64,000 bases of DNA, taken from IMG/VR virus record IMGVR_UViG_3300047539_000078, positions 1 to 64,000 of that record; one strand, 5' to 3'. A program made the position numbers and the translations under genes. Shown here one piece after another: positions 28,801 to 38,114 of the stretch. Source of the DNA: a virus (taxonomy: Duplodnaviria > Caudoviricetes). Below the pieces are notes generated by a model that saw only the letters and a program-made list of their open reading frames with translations, searched no databases and was not told where the DNA came from. Within the stretch, counting starts at the first letter, position 1; each line of letters starts with the position of its first letter.

Positions 28801-28891
28801 GCAGACCGTCCAGATACACGACCAGATCGGGCGCGGTTTTTATGATCTCCCGCTCTTGTGCGCTTTGAACTAGATTGCGTATTTTACCCAT
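25871..28891 (-). CDS. Baseplate hub protein (gp27/gpD-like)
   Basis: VFKGITSHV, ECFQDIDGQIIIKPPLYN, YGLR, RPEIHLGFPMY; position between tube-initiator-like and spike genes. Confidence 0.7.
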   Translation of the reverse strand: MGKIRNLVQSAQEREIIKTAPDLVVYLDGLPYINNVFLSANPSNPVIVNFNDYITAFNSNYDVDNMIPTGSFTMTVPAHERYLFQVPGGTNIIQTMMQVQVYAKGYYFASNGNTLFRRVFKGITSHVTHSDDGKTLTITVQIQGIMRLFELMQIDLNPAIQSSAAAHVTAMHSVLWSMNPYSQMAFTFLYPSFTDGFYVNSLKQKTIQNDPYFAALSDGFMAKFQSLLFDICQDSHIYGLQNKEIEQVLKFFNDIAVKSPNKGTKGWSLLSVENAWYSNKKASEYQDIVNVDKIRSYQADHSVGSIQLVNGRAVSRAELLRQITNVINFECFQDIDGQIIIKPPLYNLDVTNLSSSTTASQTYSQQNPNTDINNTNNPFIVHLSEIKSEQETEDEKAVKATRMAIQGNTTVDTQFLQIPADLRGVSEYMDLAKIARYGLRQEPAKTIPWLLDGDIYSSFAQACSEIAVANKGFRTYTFSIPMRPEIHLGFPMYIPHRDMYGYTKNVSISYNQGGGATMTIMLDTLRKRPMYPQPGSGQNGQPNTVFASQPDLVLKWTYGPAVTQQQANDLQNALSISSISNALNNGILPGSSTATPTDPNAVVANLSGQQITLPRPPPNPNAVTGLFINSPITADQNSVLTDQQATYASYYGPSSDTADNAWRIQKDTDPLYATVGTSTASATVAPVESYLPGTGVAPAAPYTIPGGTAPTPPGGTITPVAPWSAATAQSSQNISVPSGTAGISSIRAVIGTGIFVNQRNVNQDYYADVHTTIPYTDGKGYEVIAPFPWGRYIDLKTALQEFTRDGYVVQSEATAAQNTVQTLQNTQTALFAGLDQPTGSADPASSAIAALNTTAGTTNNPPNSSTTKAQFTTVVGTDGSELLGADDKPIMVLQFPQTVLNKANITVFELDYSGFNASSNSTITQGQPDTLLNSELVQNTTTVEQTKLNVFLTGAVVQSGSAIGTQNQALANSGAPQNISKGTATAPPVTAPVVAAPAFSGSVIPG

Positions 28892-29931
28892 TAGGCGTCC
28901 AGTGTCCCGTTCCAATAACTCTTATATGTCGTGTCGGCATTGAAAATCGGAGGGGTCGGCGAGTAATCCACGCCGGTCGTAGATGTCGTCGGCAATGCAT
29001 TCGAAGCGGCTTCCGATGCCGCAGCGGGCGACTGCGCCGTCGAGGAAAGCGGCGGCTGGGGCGGCTGCGTCAGCGTGCTTGTCGGAGTCCCAGTCATCGA
29101 CAGCGGATAAGCGGTGATGGAACTAGGATTTAAGGTGTTCTGGTATGCCGTGTACGAATTGCCCCGTTGCACATTGTTCGGCATGTTGTTATAGTACGGC
29201 GAATCGCCGCGAAATCTCTCCTTCCACGCCACGAATGACATGGTAAAGTTCGACAGGAACGGGCTTTCTGCGTCCTGGCTAACCTCAAGGGTGTCGAACA
29301 TCCCGTACCAAATGAACTCTTTGCAGGTCAGGATGACATCCTGGTGCATCTTGATCGGGCGGCGGGAAAAGCTCAACGCCTGCGTGTTTCCGTAAGCCGA
29401 CTCGCCCTCGAACCAGTAGCCGTTGTTTTCGAACGTGTCAATAAGCATTTCCAAGTTGCGGAAGCTCTTGGTGTATTCGGCGTATGCATCCGTGAGACCG
29501 AACGCAAAATACTGCCCCGCCGTCTTCCCGGACAGGCTGATGCGGACGAAATCCTCGCCCCAGACGCCGAACTGCCATCCGCTTCTGGCGTAGCTTTGAT
29601 TGTCCAGCGTGCTGTGGTTTATCTGGACGGTAGACGGATTGATGAGGAAGCGATAAACCGCAGCCTGCGTAGGATCGGAGTTGCCGGAGGCGTTGATTCC
29701 GCGATTCTGCACGGTGATCGTGATGTAATCCGTAAGCGGCTTCAGTGCGACGGCGAGATTGGACGCGACCTGAATTTCTCCGGGCGTCATCATAGCCGCA
29801 TCGGCAATCGTGGACACGGCCACCGGAACGAGATGCTTCTCGCCTCTGATCGGCAGCAGATTCAGGGTGGTGTCCTGGTTGCCCTGCTGTCTCGTGCCGT
29901 TCGCGCCGCTGATGTTGGTTGGGTTTGACAT
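28891..29931 (-). CDS. Tail-tube-initiator-like baseplate protein
   Basis: FLINP, RSGW...WGED..RISLSG.T, YGMF......DAESPF. Confidence 0.6.
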   Translation of the reverse strand: MSNPTNISGANGTRQQGNQDTTLNLLPIRGEKHLVPVAVSTIADAAMMTPGEIQVASNLAVALKPLTDYITITVQNRGINASGNSDPTQAAVYRFLINPSTVQINHSTLDNQSYARSGWQFGVWGEDFVRISLSGKTAGQYFAFGLTDAYAEYTKSFRNLEMLIDTFENNGYWFEGESAYGNTQALSFSRRPIKMHQDVILTCKEFIWYGMFDTLEVSQDAESPFLSNFTMSFVAWKERFRGDSPYYNNMPNNVQRGNSYTAYQNTLNPSSITAYPLSMTGTPTSTLTQPPQPPLSSTAQSPAAASEAASNALPTTSTTGVDYSPTPPIFNADTTYKSYWNGTLDA

Positions 29932-29940
29932 GGTCTTATC

Positions 29941-31566
29941 TTATTGTACGGGAGGTCCCCCGGCGATGAAGGAGTCGGCCTGTGCTTGAGTCACCAAACC
30001 CGAAGTCACGGCCAGACCTGGGGCTGGCGTCGCCAGATTCCCTGCATAATAGACCAAAGTGAGTGTACGCTCAACTTGGAACACGAAATTGAAACGCCAC
30101 TGGTACGGCTTGTCGGCACTCATCGTGAAGCTCAAAGACTTGAAGAAACCGAGATACTGGCTGTTGTGGAAGCGCATCACCACGTAACCGCGCTTATACA
30201 CGTCGTTATTCCGGGCTTTGACCATATCGCTGGAAGCCCCTACAGTTTGCGAGAACACCGATGTCTGATTAGGGTTCGGGATATCAGGAGATGAGTTAGT
30301 GGAATCGGACCCGTAACCTGTGGGGTGCAGCCATGTGGTGGCGTTCATCTTGAAGGTGGCTAGAAACTCCTGGAAGGCGTCCTCAGCCTTGATGCGGAAC
30401 GGTTCCAGATTAGTCTGTAGGGCGACCGACTCAGACGGCTCAAAACCCATCTGCTGCACGGCGGCGAGCGTGTGATTGACCGGCGGAATGGGGTTGCCGG
30501 ACTCCGACGCAACCCGAAAGACATCCACGCCTTTGTTCGTGAGCTTGTAGGCCTTCGTGACCAGTGCCGATGCATACGACGGCACACCCGCCAAGCTGTA
30601 GTAATCGGTGAGCCCGAAGCGGTTCATGAAGACGCCGGTTGAACCTTCCCCCGTAATCATGTCCGCCTGCATGCCCCACAGAGTTATGTGGAAGCCGGTG
30701 CGCGTCGGTTCCATGTTGGCGATGTGCTTCAAGGCGAGGCTGTATTTGGAGATAGAGCAGTTCAGGTTGACGGTGATGGGCTGATTCGTCAACGGATTGG
30801 ACAGTATGGAAGCCGGATTCGCTTGGTCAAGGTAGACTTGGAACGAAACGGGATAGTTGCCGGTCTCCGTGTTGCCGTCGACGAGGGCCTTGTCCTGGTA
30901 CCAAGGCTGATTGTTCAACCCAACCAAGTCGGGCGTGGACGCGGTAGCAACCACGAGCGCTTCATATGTGCCCGGAGTGATCGGCGCAACCGGAATGACG
31001 TTGGCTGAAATCGGGTCCGGGGCGCTCAACGGCGGGACGTTCTGGTTTATTCTCGGCGATTGTCCCGTTCCGTTCCCCACACCAGGTGCGAGCCCGCCGT
31101 TGGTCGCAAGCTTGGAATTGACGCCCGCCACGTATGCTTGCGTAGCCGGTCCCGTGTAGGCCAGCCAATTCTGAGGGTTCCCGGCAGCAGTCGCTTTCGC
31201 AATGGCACTGTCGACATTAGGCTGCCCGTCGAAGTATCCGGCGATGGTTTTCTGTTGGTCCCCGTTGTATGCGGTCATGAGCTGGGACTGGAGCGCCACC
31301 CCCAATGTCACGTTCTGCTGGGTATCATAGACGTTAGCGCCCGGAATCAAATTCGCCGCCGTAGCGGGTTCGACTTGCATGACACCCACGGCCCCCTTGG
31401 ACGAGTTCGATATGTTGATGTCGTAACTCGATTCCTGGGATGCAATCGCCGATGAAAGCGCCGGGGGAACGTTCGAGTACGGTGAACCCGGAGCCGTGGC
31501 GTTGTTGATGTATGTGTTGATCGTATCGGGATCAATATTGGGATTTGGGTGTATTGAACTTGGCAT
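29941..31566 (-). CDS. Lytic transglycosylase (SLT) fused to tube-initiator-like domain
   Basis: AIASQESS, GAVGVMQVEPATA, AGYFDG, TQAYV; C-terminal domain is paralogous to 28891..29931. Confidence 0.8.
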   Translation of the reverse strand: MPSSIHPNPNIDPDTINTYINNATAPGSPYSNVPPALSSAIASQESSYDINISNSSKGAVGVMQVEPATAANLIPGANVYDTQQNVTLGVALQSQLMTAYNGDQQKTIAGYFDGQPNVDSAIAKATAAGNPQNWLAYTGPATQAYVAGVNSKLATNGGLAPGVGNGTGQSPRINQNVPPLSAPDPISANVIPVAPITPGTYEALVVATASTPDLVGLNNQPWYQDKALVDGNTETGNYPVSFQVYLDQANPASILSNPLTNQPITVNLNCSISKYSLALKHIANMEPTRTGFHITLWGMQADMITGEGSTGVFMNRFGLTDYYSLAGVPSYASALVTKAYKLTNKGVDVFRVASESGNPIPPVNHTLAAVQQMGFEPSESVALQTNLEPFRIKAEDAFQEFLATFKMNATTWLHPTGYGSDSTNSSPDIPNPNQTSVFSQTVGASSDMVKARNNDVYKRGYVVMRFHNSQYLGFFKSLSFTMSADKPYQWRFNFVFQVERTLTLVYYAGNLATPAPGLAVTSGLVTQAQADSFIAGGPPVQ

Positions 31567-31579
31567 GTGTTATCCCGTA

Positions 31580-34500
31580 TTAAAAGTAAGACCCCAACGG
31601 TGCTAGCATCTGTTTCTTCGGCGAACTCGTGTCCGGCGTCGCGGCGGGAGGGGATGCGGTCTCACCAGCCTTCGCTAGGGAGGCACTCACGTGAGAGCCT
31701 ACAAGGCTCGAATATAGTTTGGTGGATGCGTCCACGACGGTGATGGTTATGGCGGCTGCGGCCGGTGCCCCGGCCAGCGCCCCGGCCCCGGCAATTTTGG
31801 TAGCGGCCATCATCTTCTGCCACCAGGACATCTGAGACGGGACTCCCGCCATGACAGTACCCTGAAGCGAGTCGGATTTTTGATTGTCTACCAAGGTGCT
31901 CAGCGCATCGCCTGTAGCCCCACCAGCCGCCGCCGCTGCGACTTTTGCAGCGTCCTGTTCATTTTTCCATTCACCCGCCGTCGGGACATCGTCCGCTGAC
32001 ATCTTCCGGATGACATTCAGGTCGTTCCAGTTCGCCTCTAACTTGCGCTTGGTGGCGGCGCTCTTCGGGTCTTGGGGATCGAGGTTGTCTATAGCACCCT
32101 GCAGGTCGGACATAGATTTGTCTAGGTCGCCCCCTTGCTTGAGCGCTTGATATTTACCAAGATCGTCGCCTGCTATGTCTTTCATTGAAGCTGGGATGAT
32201 CGAGTCAACAAATGGTAGACTTTTTAGGATAGATTCAATCGTCTTGAGCGGATCAAGGAGCTTGTTGAATAAGTACTCGAATGCATTGGCGAAATAATCA
32301 GCCGACGTGCGGGTCTGTTCCGCCACATCATGGAGCTGCGATTTATCAAGATCACTCGGCCCCAGGGTGTCGGACAATGCCGTGAGGAAAGCCCCACCCT
32401 GGTTCGGGTCATCTTGCAGGCCTTTTATGATGTCTTCTTTAAAATCTACGTTTTCGTCCATATATTTCTGGATTTTATCGGTTTCACCTTCTTTGATGCC
32501 ATGCGCCTCGAACGTCTTCTGGCCGATCTTGAAGAACTTGCTGTATTCCTCCTGCTTCATACCTTCCGGCAATTTTGCAGCACCTTCATTTACCATACCA
32601 GCACTTGTCTCCCCTATAGCCTTGATGAGAGTCATCAAGTCTTCGGGCTTAATACTCAGAGATTTGGCCGCCATCACTGCTTCTAACTTCGTGTTGATTA
32701 GGTTGGGATTCTTGCGGAGATCGTTGAAGGAAATACCGGATGCGTCCATGACTTTTTGCAGGTTGGATTGCTGTACGGTCGTCTTCGACAGCATGTCCTG
32801 GCCGGTGGACTCCATACCTATAGCGACACCTACCGGGTTTTCTCCCGCCGTTTTGGCTTGATTCAAATGCTGGGATTGGGTAAACGCTCTGTCGATAAGG
32901 TTTGAGATGTTTTGAATCTTGCTGGGGTCGACGTTATCCCCCTTCATACGGTCAAGACGACGCCGGGCGTCCAGAATCATACCTGAGTCGGCATTGTCGG
33001 GCAGAAGCTTGTTGGCCTCATCTTGGCTCACGCCCCCTTCTTGGACGAGTGCATCCCGGGCGTCCTTGATTCGCTTCAAGTTGCTATTCTGCTCCCCTTC
33101 GATCCATGCTTTACTGATCCCTGGTGCCATATCCTGGAGGGCGAACGCGACTTGGGGTGTGGTCTTCTGCTCACCGGCACCAGTGATTGCATCCGCCATG
33201 GTTTTGAGGTCATCGCCGGTAGATGCACCCGTCGCGCCAAGCACTTGGATGATACTCACCGCCTCATTGAAAGACTTGTTCATCTTGTCGAATTGATCGG
33301 TCAAGTCATCGACGACCTTGAGATATGCCGACGTGCTGATGCCAGCCAAACGGGCTTGCGTGTTGATGTTCGCCAGGAAGTCAAAGGTTGCATTGAATGA
33401 CTGACCCATCTCGTGGATCATCTTCGTCATACGTACTACGCTTTCCGAGGAGTCCAAACCTGCGGCCCGGCCCGCTACCAAGGCGTTGCGCTGGAATTCC
33501 CCGAACACGCCACCGACAAAGCCGTTGGCCGTGTCCGGTCTTCCACCACCGGCAAGACGCTTGTTCTTGAGAGCGCCCGGTTTGCCCGACGATATTTCTG
33601 TGATGTCCAGTCCGTTTTCCTGCATCGCCTGAGCTATAGCTAGGTTGCCGGTGAGATTCTGCCCGAACGCACCCGTAAGGTTGGCACCAAGGTTCTGACG
33701 AACGGTGTTGAGGGCATTGTAGCCGGTCTTGCCGGGGGTGAACAGAGCGGCACCCATGCCTTTTTCGATTTGTTTGTTCTGCTCCGCCATTTTGTCCCAG
33801 ACGCCTGTGATTGCCTTCGCCGCGACGACTCCAGCCATTATCGCTTCGCCGACTCCGGGAATCCCCATCGCCAGCTCGGCGGCCCCGCCGATCATGCCGC
33901 CTTCCTCCCCACCGGCGACCAAGGCCTTCGTGCCGAATTTCGCGAAGCGACGGTATCCACTGCCACCGGCCCCGCCACCGGCGACTTCCTCTGAGGCCAT
34001 CCGGCGCTGCAGCATGTTTCCGAGGCGTGCATTGAGGCCGCGTCCCTTGCGGGATGCCATGATTCTTCCAAGTTCTGCGGATGTGAGTTCGCTGCCCATT
34101 TCCGGCGCGTCGACACCGGCCTTCTGGGCGGCTCTAATGCGGCTGGCGTGAAATCCAGCCGCTTGGACATCCCGCACCGTCGCACGGTCGGACTTCACTC
34201 TCTGGAAAGCACGTTTGCTGTCGAAGAGGGATTCCATTCTTTCCATGATGCGGGACGACGATCCCATTGAGCGGAGGCTGGAGTTCAGGTTTCTCACGTG
34301 CGACTCGAACCCGGCGATGCTTCTCGTGTCGAATCTCGTGTTGAGGCGTCCCACTTCCTTGATGACGCCGGAGACGGTGCTCTTGAAATCCTTCATCTTG
34401 TCGGCGGCGACGGCGACGCTGCCGCCGAAGTGATCAGCTTCCTTCTTCGCGGTCTTGAACGTGTCTTCGAGGACTCTGATTTGGCGGTTGAGAGCGGCTG

Positions 34501-34888
34501 CGGCGGACGGGCTTTCCTTGGCGAGGCGCTGGGTAAGGGCGAGCAAATCCCCCACATCATCGACGACTTCCTTCCAGGTGACCTTCTGCGCACCCATACC
34601 GGAACCGATGCGCTTGTTGATTTCGGCTATTTTGCGCTGGACATCCTCGATCTTCTGGGAAGTGTTAAGAACATCCTTGAGACCGCCATTCATCTTCTGC
34701 GTGGACTCGAACGCCTTCTTGAAGTCATCCACCAGCGTGACCATTTGAAGGTGTATCTGCACGGTGGCATTCGCAAGGGCAGCGATGGACGACAGAAGCT
34801 GTGCGCTCTGGTCGCCAAGGGGGGCGGTCGCGTCGCTCTTTTTGGGCGTCCCGGGGTTATCCGGTCTAAAGAACTTTGGGTCGGCCAT
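31580..34888 (-). CDS. Tape measure protein (putative)
   Basis: 1102 aa, helical A/G/K-rich, between chaperone-like and baseplate genes. Confidence 0.7.
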   Translation of the reverse strand: MADPKFFRPDNPGTPKKSDATAPLGDQSAQLLSSIAALANATVQIHLQMVTLVDDFKKAFESTQKMNGGLKDVLNTSQKIEDVQRKIAEINKRIGSGMGAQKVTWKEVVDDVGDLLALTQRLAKESPSAAAALNRQIRVLEDTFKTAKKEADHFGGSVAVAADKMKDFKSTVSGVIKEVGRLNTRFDTRSIAGFESHVRNLNSSLRSMGSSSRIMERMESLFDSKRAFQRVKSDRATVRDVQAAGFHASRIRAAQKAGVDAPEMGSELTSAELGRIMASRKGRGLNARLGNMLQRRMASEEVAGGGAGGSGYRRFAKFGTKALVAGGEEGGMIGGAAELAMGIPGVGEAIMAGVVAAKAITGVWDKMAEQNKQIEKGMGAALFTPGKTGYNALNTVRQNLGANLTGAFGQNLTGNLAIAQAMQENGLDITEISSGKPGALKNKRLAGGGRPDTANGFVGGVFGEFQRNALVAGRAAGLDSSESVVRMTKMIHEMGQSFNATFDFLANINTQARLAGISTSAYLKVVDDLTDQFDKMNKSFNEAVSIIQVLGATGASTGDDLKTMADAITGAGEQKTTPQVAFALQDMAPGISKAWIEGEQNSNLKRIKDARDALVQEGGVSQDEANKLLPDNADSGMILDARRRLDRMKGDNVDPSKIQNISNLIDRAFTQSQHLNQAKTAGENPVGVAIGMESTGQDMLSKTTVQQSNLQKVMDASGISFNDLRKNPNLINTKLEAVMAAKSLSIKPEDLMTLIKAIGETSAGMVNEGAAKLPEGMKQEEYSKFFKIGQKTFEAHGIKEGETDKIQKYMDENVDFKEDIIKGLQDDPNQGGAFLTALSDTLGPSDLDKSQLHDVAEQTRTSADYFANAFEYLFNKLLDPLKTIESILKSLPFVDSIIPASMKDIAGDDLGKYQALKQGGDLDKSMSDLQGAIDNLDPQDPKSAATKRKLEANWNDLNVIRKMSADDVPTAGEWKNEQDAAKVAAAAAGGATGDALSTLVDNQKSDSLQGTVMAGVPSQMSWWQKMMAATKIAGAGALAGAPAAAAITITVVDASTKLYSSLVGSHVSASLAKAGETASPPAATPDTSSPKKQMLAPLGSYF

Positions 34889-34896
34889 CTAGTTCC

Positions 34897-35493
34897 TTAT
34901 TCTTCCTTTGGCGTCTCTTCAACGGTCAGTGAATTGACCGTTTCAGCGATCACATTTTTGTTAGCGGCTTCGATTTCGCGGAGCGCCTGATCCATGAAGC
35001 GCTTCTCGACTTCCGTCATGACGGCGGAATCCGGGAACGACTTCGCGAGGCGATCCTCGATGCGCTGGCTGTGGACCATGACAGCCTTCCATAGAATGGT
35101 CGTCACTTCCTGTCCCCAGCCGAGGATGAGGTTGCGGAGCACGACTTGAACATCCTTTTTCGCCTTCGTCGCGTCGGTCGGGTCCGGCACGAAGCGGTCG
35201 GCTCCCTTCAGTTCCCGGATGTTCACACCATCGATCCACGATATCGCACGCGACAGCATCTCGCACTTGATGAGCTGCACCCATATATAGCCCTTCGATT
35301 GCTCCGTAGCAAGAAGTGCGGCGACCTCTTCCTCCGTGGGAATGTTGCTGATGCGGAGCTGCACCTTGCGGCCACCGGCGTCGAGGGTGAGGATTTCCTC
35401 GTAGTCCTCGATGCCAAAAAATCTAACTCCGGCAAGAACTTCTTCTAATGTTGGGGTGAGAATCGTTTCAACACCCGTTTGTCCATCACTCAT
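34897..35493 (-). CDS. Putative tail assembly chaperone
   Basis: Directly upstream of tape measure; GGAGG RBS before ATG 35493. Confidence 0.5.
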   Translation of the reverse strand: MSDGQTGVETILTPTLEEVLAGVRFFGIEDYEEILTLDAGGRKVQLRISNIPTEEEVAALLATEQSKGYIWVQLIKCEMLSRAISWIDGVNIRELKGADRFVPDPTDATKAKKDVQVVLRNLILGWGQEVTTILWKAVMVHSQRIEDRLAKSFPDSAVMTEVEKRFMDQALREIEAANKNVIAETVNSLTVEETPKEE

Positions 35494-35536
35494 AACTTCC
35501 TCCCTTAAATGGTGTCTCAAGTCCAAACATCAAAAC

Positions 35537-36586
35537 TTACTGGTAGCGCGTGATCTTGTCCTTAGGATTCTCGACAAGTTCGGTGTCCCGCATGATCGGA
35601 CGCCCCTTTTTCAGATTCTTCTCCCGCTCGCGAACCTGTTCTTGGGTAATGATGGTAAAGCCTTCCTTCTGAGAGACTCCGGCACCTCCACGCTTAGTCA
35701 CGATGCCTTCTAGGCGTTTGGCTTCCGCCTCGGCGGCGGCGACTTGCTGGCGGGCGAATGCATTCATGACCTTTTCATGCTTGTCGTCGGAAAGCATGCC
35801 TTTGAGTTCCCGCATGAGACCCTCAGTCGTGTCGGACGGATGACCCCAGCCGTCATCCAGGTTGACGGTCTGCTGCTTGACGACACTCTCCCACGCCTCC
35901 ATGGCGTCCGGCTGCAATATTCGCCCAGCGGTCTTGAGTTCCGCAGCGAAGCCGTCCATAGCATGACCGGTCCAAGGCCGCACAATCATAGTGGCATTCA
36001 TTATGTTGTCAAGGCGTGTCTTGTTCAACTCCCGATAAGTGCAAAGTGTGGCCCACAGACGTGCGTGGTGCGGCGGTGCAAGAATCTTGATCCGTGCACC
36101 ATCAGGCATAGCGATGACCTTATTCTCAAATGATGTGAGGGCGATCCCCTTCCCGTGCCATTGGAATTCACTTAGACTGGTGGTCGAGTAGGCCGTCATA
36201 TAGGGCGCGAGGCTGATGTCGTATTCCGTCATTTCCTTGACGACTCGTGCTAATGCGAAGACCTCAACGCCGGTCAACTCGTTTAGCTGATCCCGCGTGA
36301 ACGACGTGGCTAAAAGTAGCGTGTTCTCTACGAATTCCAAGTCTTTATACCAACGGGAAAGCAGTTTCCGCTCGGTCGTGTGGACTCCCCGGACCCACCC
36401 TACGCGCTTGGTGCCGACTAGGAGTGGACGAATTCTGGCACCCATGTCCAAAAGCTCCTCGCAGGCGTCGGACACCCGCGACCGGACATCAGCGATGAGT
36501 TTCGGTTCGGCGTGCTGGATGGAGCCGGAGAAGATTTCATTCATCAACTCCGTGCCTGACATGCCCTTGAGATTTTTATTTGGCAT
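35537..36586 (-). CDS. Hypothetical tail-region protein
   Basis: Long ORF from MPNKNL, overlapping upstream stop. Confidence 0.6.
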   Translation of the reverse strand: MPNKNLKGMSGTELMNEIFSGSIQHAEPKLIADVRSRVSDACEELLDMGARIRPLLVGTKRVGWVRGVHTTERKLLSRWYKDLEFVENTLLLATSFTRDQLNELTGVEVFALARVVKEMTEYDISLAPYMTAYSTTSLSEFQWHGKGIALTSFENKVIAMPDGARIKILAPPHHARLWATLCTYRELNKTRLDNIMNATMIVRPWTGHAMDGFAAELKTAGRILQPDAMEAWESVVKQQTVNLDDGWGHPSDTTEGLMRELKGMLSDDKHEKVMNAFARQQVAAAEAEAKRLEGIVTKRGGAGVSQKEGFTIITQEQVREREKNLKKGRPIMRDTELVENPKDKITRYQ

Positions 36587-37103
36587 TGCGTGCCTTCTTG
36601 AACTGGCCACCAAACCGATTCTGGTCCTCCTCATCATCGGCGTGCTTCGGTATAGCCCCACGATGACCGCTGCCTCTCACGATCTGCCGGTCAATTTCGG
36701 CGGCTTCCGCAAGCTCTTTCTTACCGAATGTTGATTCCATGCGCTTTACGAGCGCATCTGAAGTCGTCTCGGCATCGTCACGGATAGCTTCTCTCCGGCG
36801 GGTGAACTGGATTGGGTCTGGAGCCTTGTAGAGATTACCAGTCGTAAAGTGTTGATTCTCCGGCTGCATGCCCTTGTAGACAATCAAAACGCGGGACAAG
36901 ATTGGCGTCGGAAGCGATGTCATCAGGCGGTAGGCATCTTGGAAGTTCTTTATTTTCAACCCGCTAACCTCAACTAAGGCTGTGGCAAGATAGACACACT
37001 TCTCATCTAAACCCTTTGTTTTCATCTCAAACTCCTCCTTCCATACTAGGCGGCGGAATTTGAACTCAAAGTTGGCCAGTGGGACAGTGATGAGGTCGCT
37101 CAT
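36576..37103 (-). CDS. Hypothetical tail-region protein (chaperone-like)
   Basis: First gene of the minus-strand block. Confidence 0.6.
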   Translation of the reverse strand: MSDLITVPLANFEFKFRRLVWKEEFEMKTKGLDEKCVYLATALVEVSGLKIKNFQDAYRLMTSLPTPILSRVLIVYKGMQPENQHFTTGNLYKAPDPIQFTRRREAIRDDAETTSDALVKRMESTFGKKELAEAAEIDRQIVRGSGHRGAIPKHADDEEDQNRFGGQFKKARNAK

Positions 37104-37137
37104 ACATTTTGTTCCGGGAAGACCTTTAGTCTAAAGT

Positions 37138-37186
37138 AGATAATACCCCAAAAGTGTAGCCGTCTCAGCGACCGGCGTGGTATAAT
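37138..37186. promoter_or_regulatory. Divergent promoter region at the strand switch
   Basis: Minus-strand GGGGTATTAT near 37139-37148; plus-strand extended -10 TGGTATAAT at 37178-37186. Confidence 0.6.
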
Positions 37187-37206
37187 GGTGGTGAGGGAGA
37201 CAAACC

Positions 37207-37335
37207 ATGACGAAGAAAACGGCAATTTTGGAAGTCAAGAAGATGCTCAGCATCCCGACGATTCCGCTATGGAAGGTTCTCGACTTCGCGGTGAGGCACA
37301 ACATCGAGTGGAAAGACCTGAAGGCGTGGAGGTAG
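37207..37335 (+). CDS. Small hypothetical protein (42 aa)
   Basis: GAGGGAG RBS; MTKKTAILEVKK... Confidence 0.55.
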   Translation: MTKKTAILEVKKMLSIPTIPLWKVLDFAVRHNIEWKDLKAWR

Positions 37336-37338
37336 AGT

Positions 37339-38001
37339 ATGAAAGCTGTCAGCTATATCTTTGCATCCTTAGTGCTTATCATCGGCTTGACCGTTGCCTA
37401 CGTGGATGACTACATCAGCGGGGGACAACTCTTCCTCATAGTCGCGGCCATCGCGGCATTCCTCTGGGCATCGGTTCTCGTCCTTGATTCGTGGCGGGCG
37501 AAGAACCCCCTCCACTTCGCGCTGCGGGTCGTGTTCAATATGATCTGGCGCAACATCGAACTCTTTTCCAAATCCCTCTTCGCCGCGTTCTTGATTATAG
37601 GCGGAATCTGCGCCATGATAAACTGCGCGGCACCCGCTCCCGCGCTGCCAACGACGGGCGGCGGACCACAGGGGGAGAAGCTCGCGGGATTCGCTAACAG
37701 CGTCCTGTGGCTGCCGGAACAGGTGTGGTACGGGTTCGTCGGAATCCTGCAAATCCTTTCGTTCATCCTCCTGTTCTTCGTCGCGGGCGCGATGGGATGG
37801 GCCGTGCAGAACTTGGGGGCAATCGCAATATTGCTTGTAATCGCCTACGTCGTATGGTTCGTATACAATGTGAACGACTGCATCGACGTTGAAAACATGC
37901 GATTCAAGACATACGCCGTCGTTAACGGCGTATGCGAAAACGTTTACCTGATCACCCCGAACCCAGAGCCGGAAGACGTAGGCAGCCTCTCCACGCCGTA
38001 A
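37339..38001 (+). CDS. Multi-pass membrane protein
   Basis: About 5 long hydrophobic segments; GGAGG upstream. Confidence 0.65.
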   Translation: MKAVSYIFASLVLIIGLTVAYVDDYISGGQLFLIVAAIAAFLWASVLVLDSWRAKNPLHFALRVVFNMIWRNIELFSKSLFAAFLIIGGICAMINCAAPAPALPTTGGGPQGEKLAGFANSVLWLPEQVWYGFVGILQILSFILLFFVAGAMGWAVQNLGAIAILLVIAYVVWFVYNVNDCIDVENMRFKTYAVVNGVCENVYLITPNPEPEDVGSLSTP

Positions 38002-38114
38002 ACCGCGAACAATCCCCTTCCCGAGTAGTATTATGGTGTGCGCCCCGTGTCTCTTATCCGGCACGGTTGGGGGCGGCACCTTTCCCGCCCCCTAATCTCC
38101 TGAAAGGCACCTGC

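Noticed and set aside
35537-37103. Programmed frameshift between tail chaperone-like genes
   Set aside because: No clear slippery heptamer; the downstream gene has its own overlapping ATG at 36586
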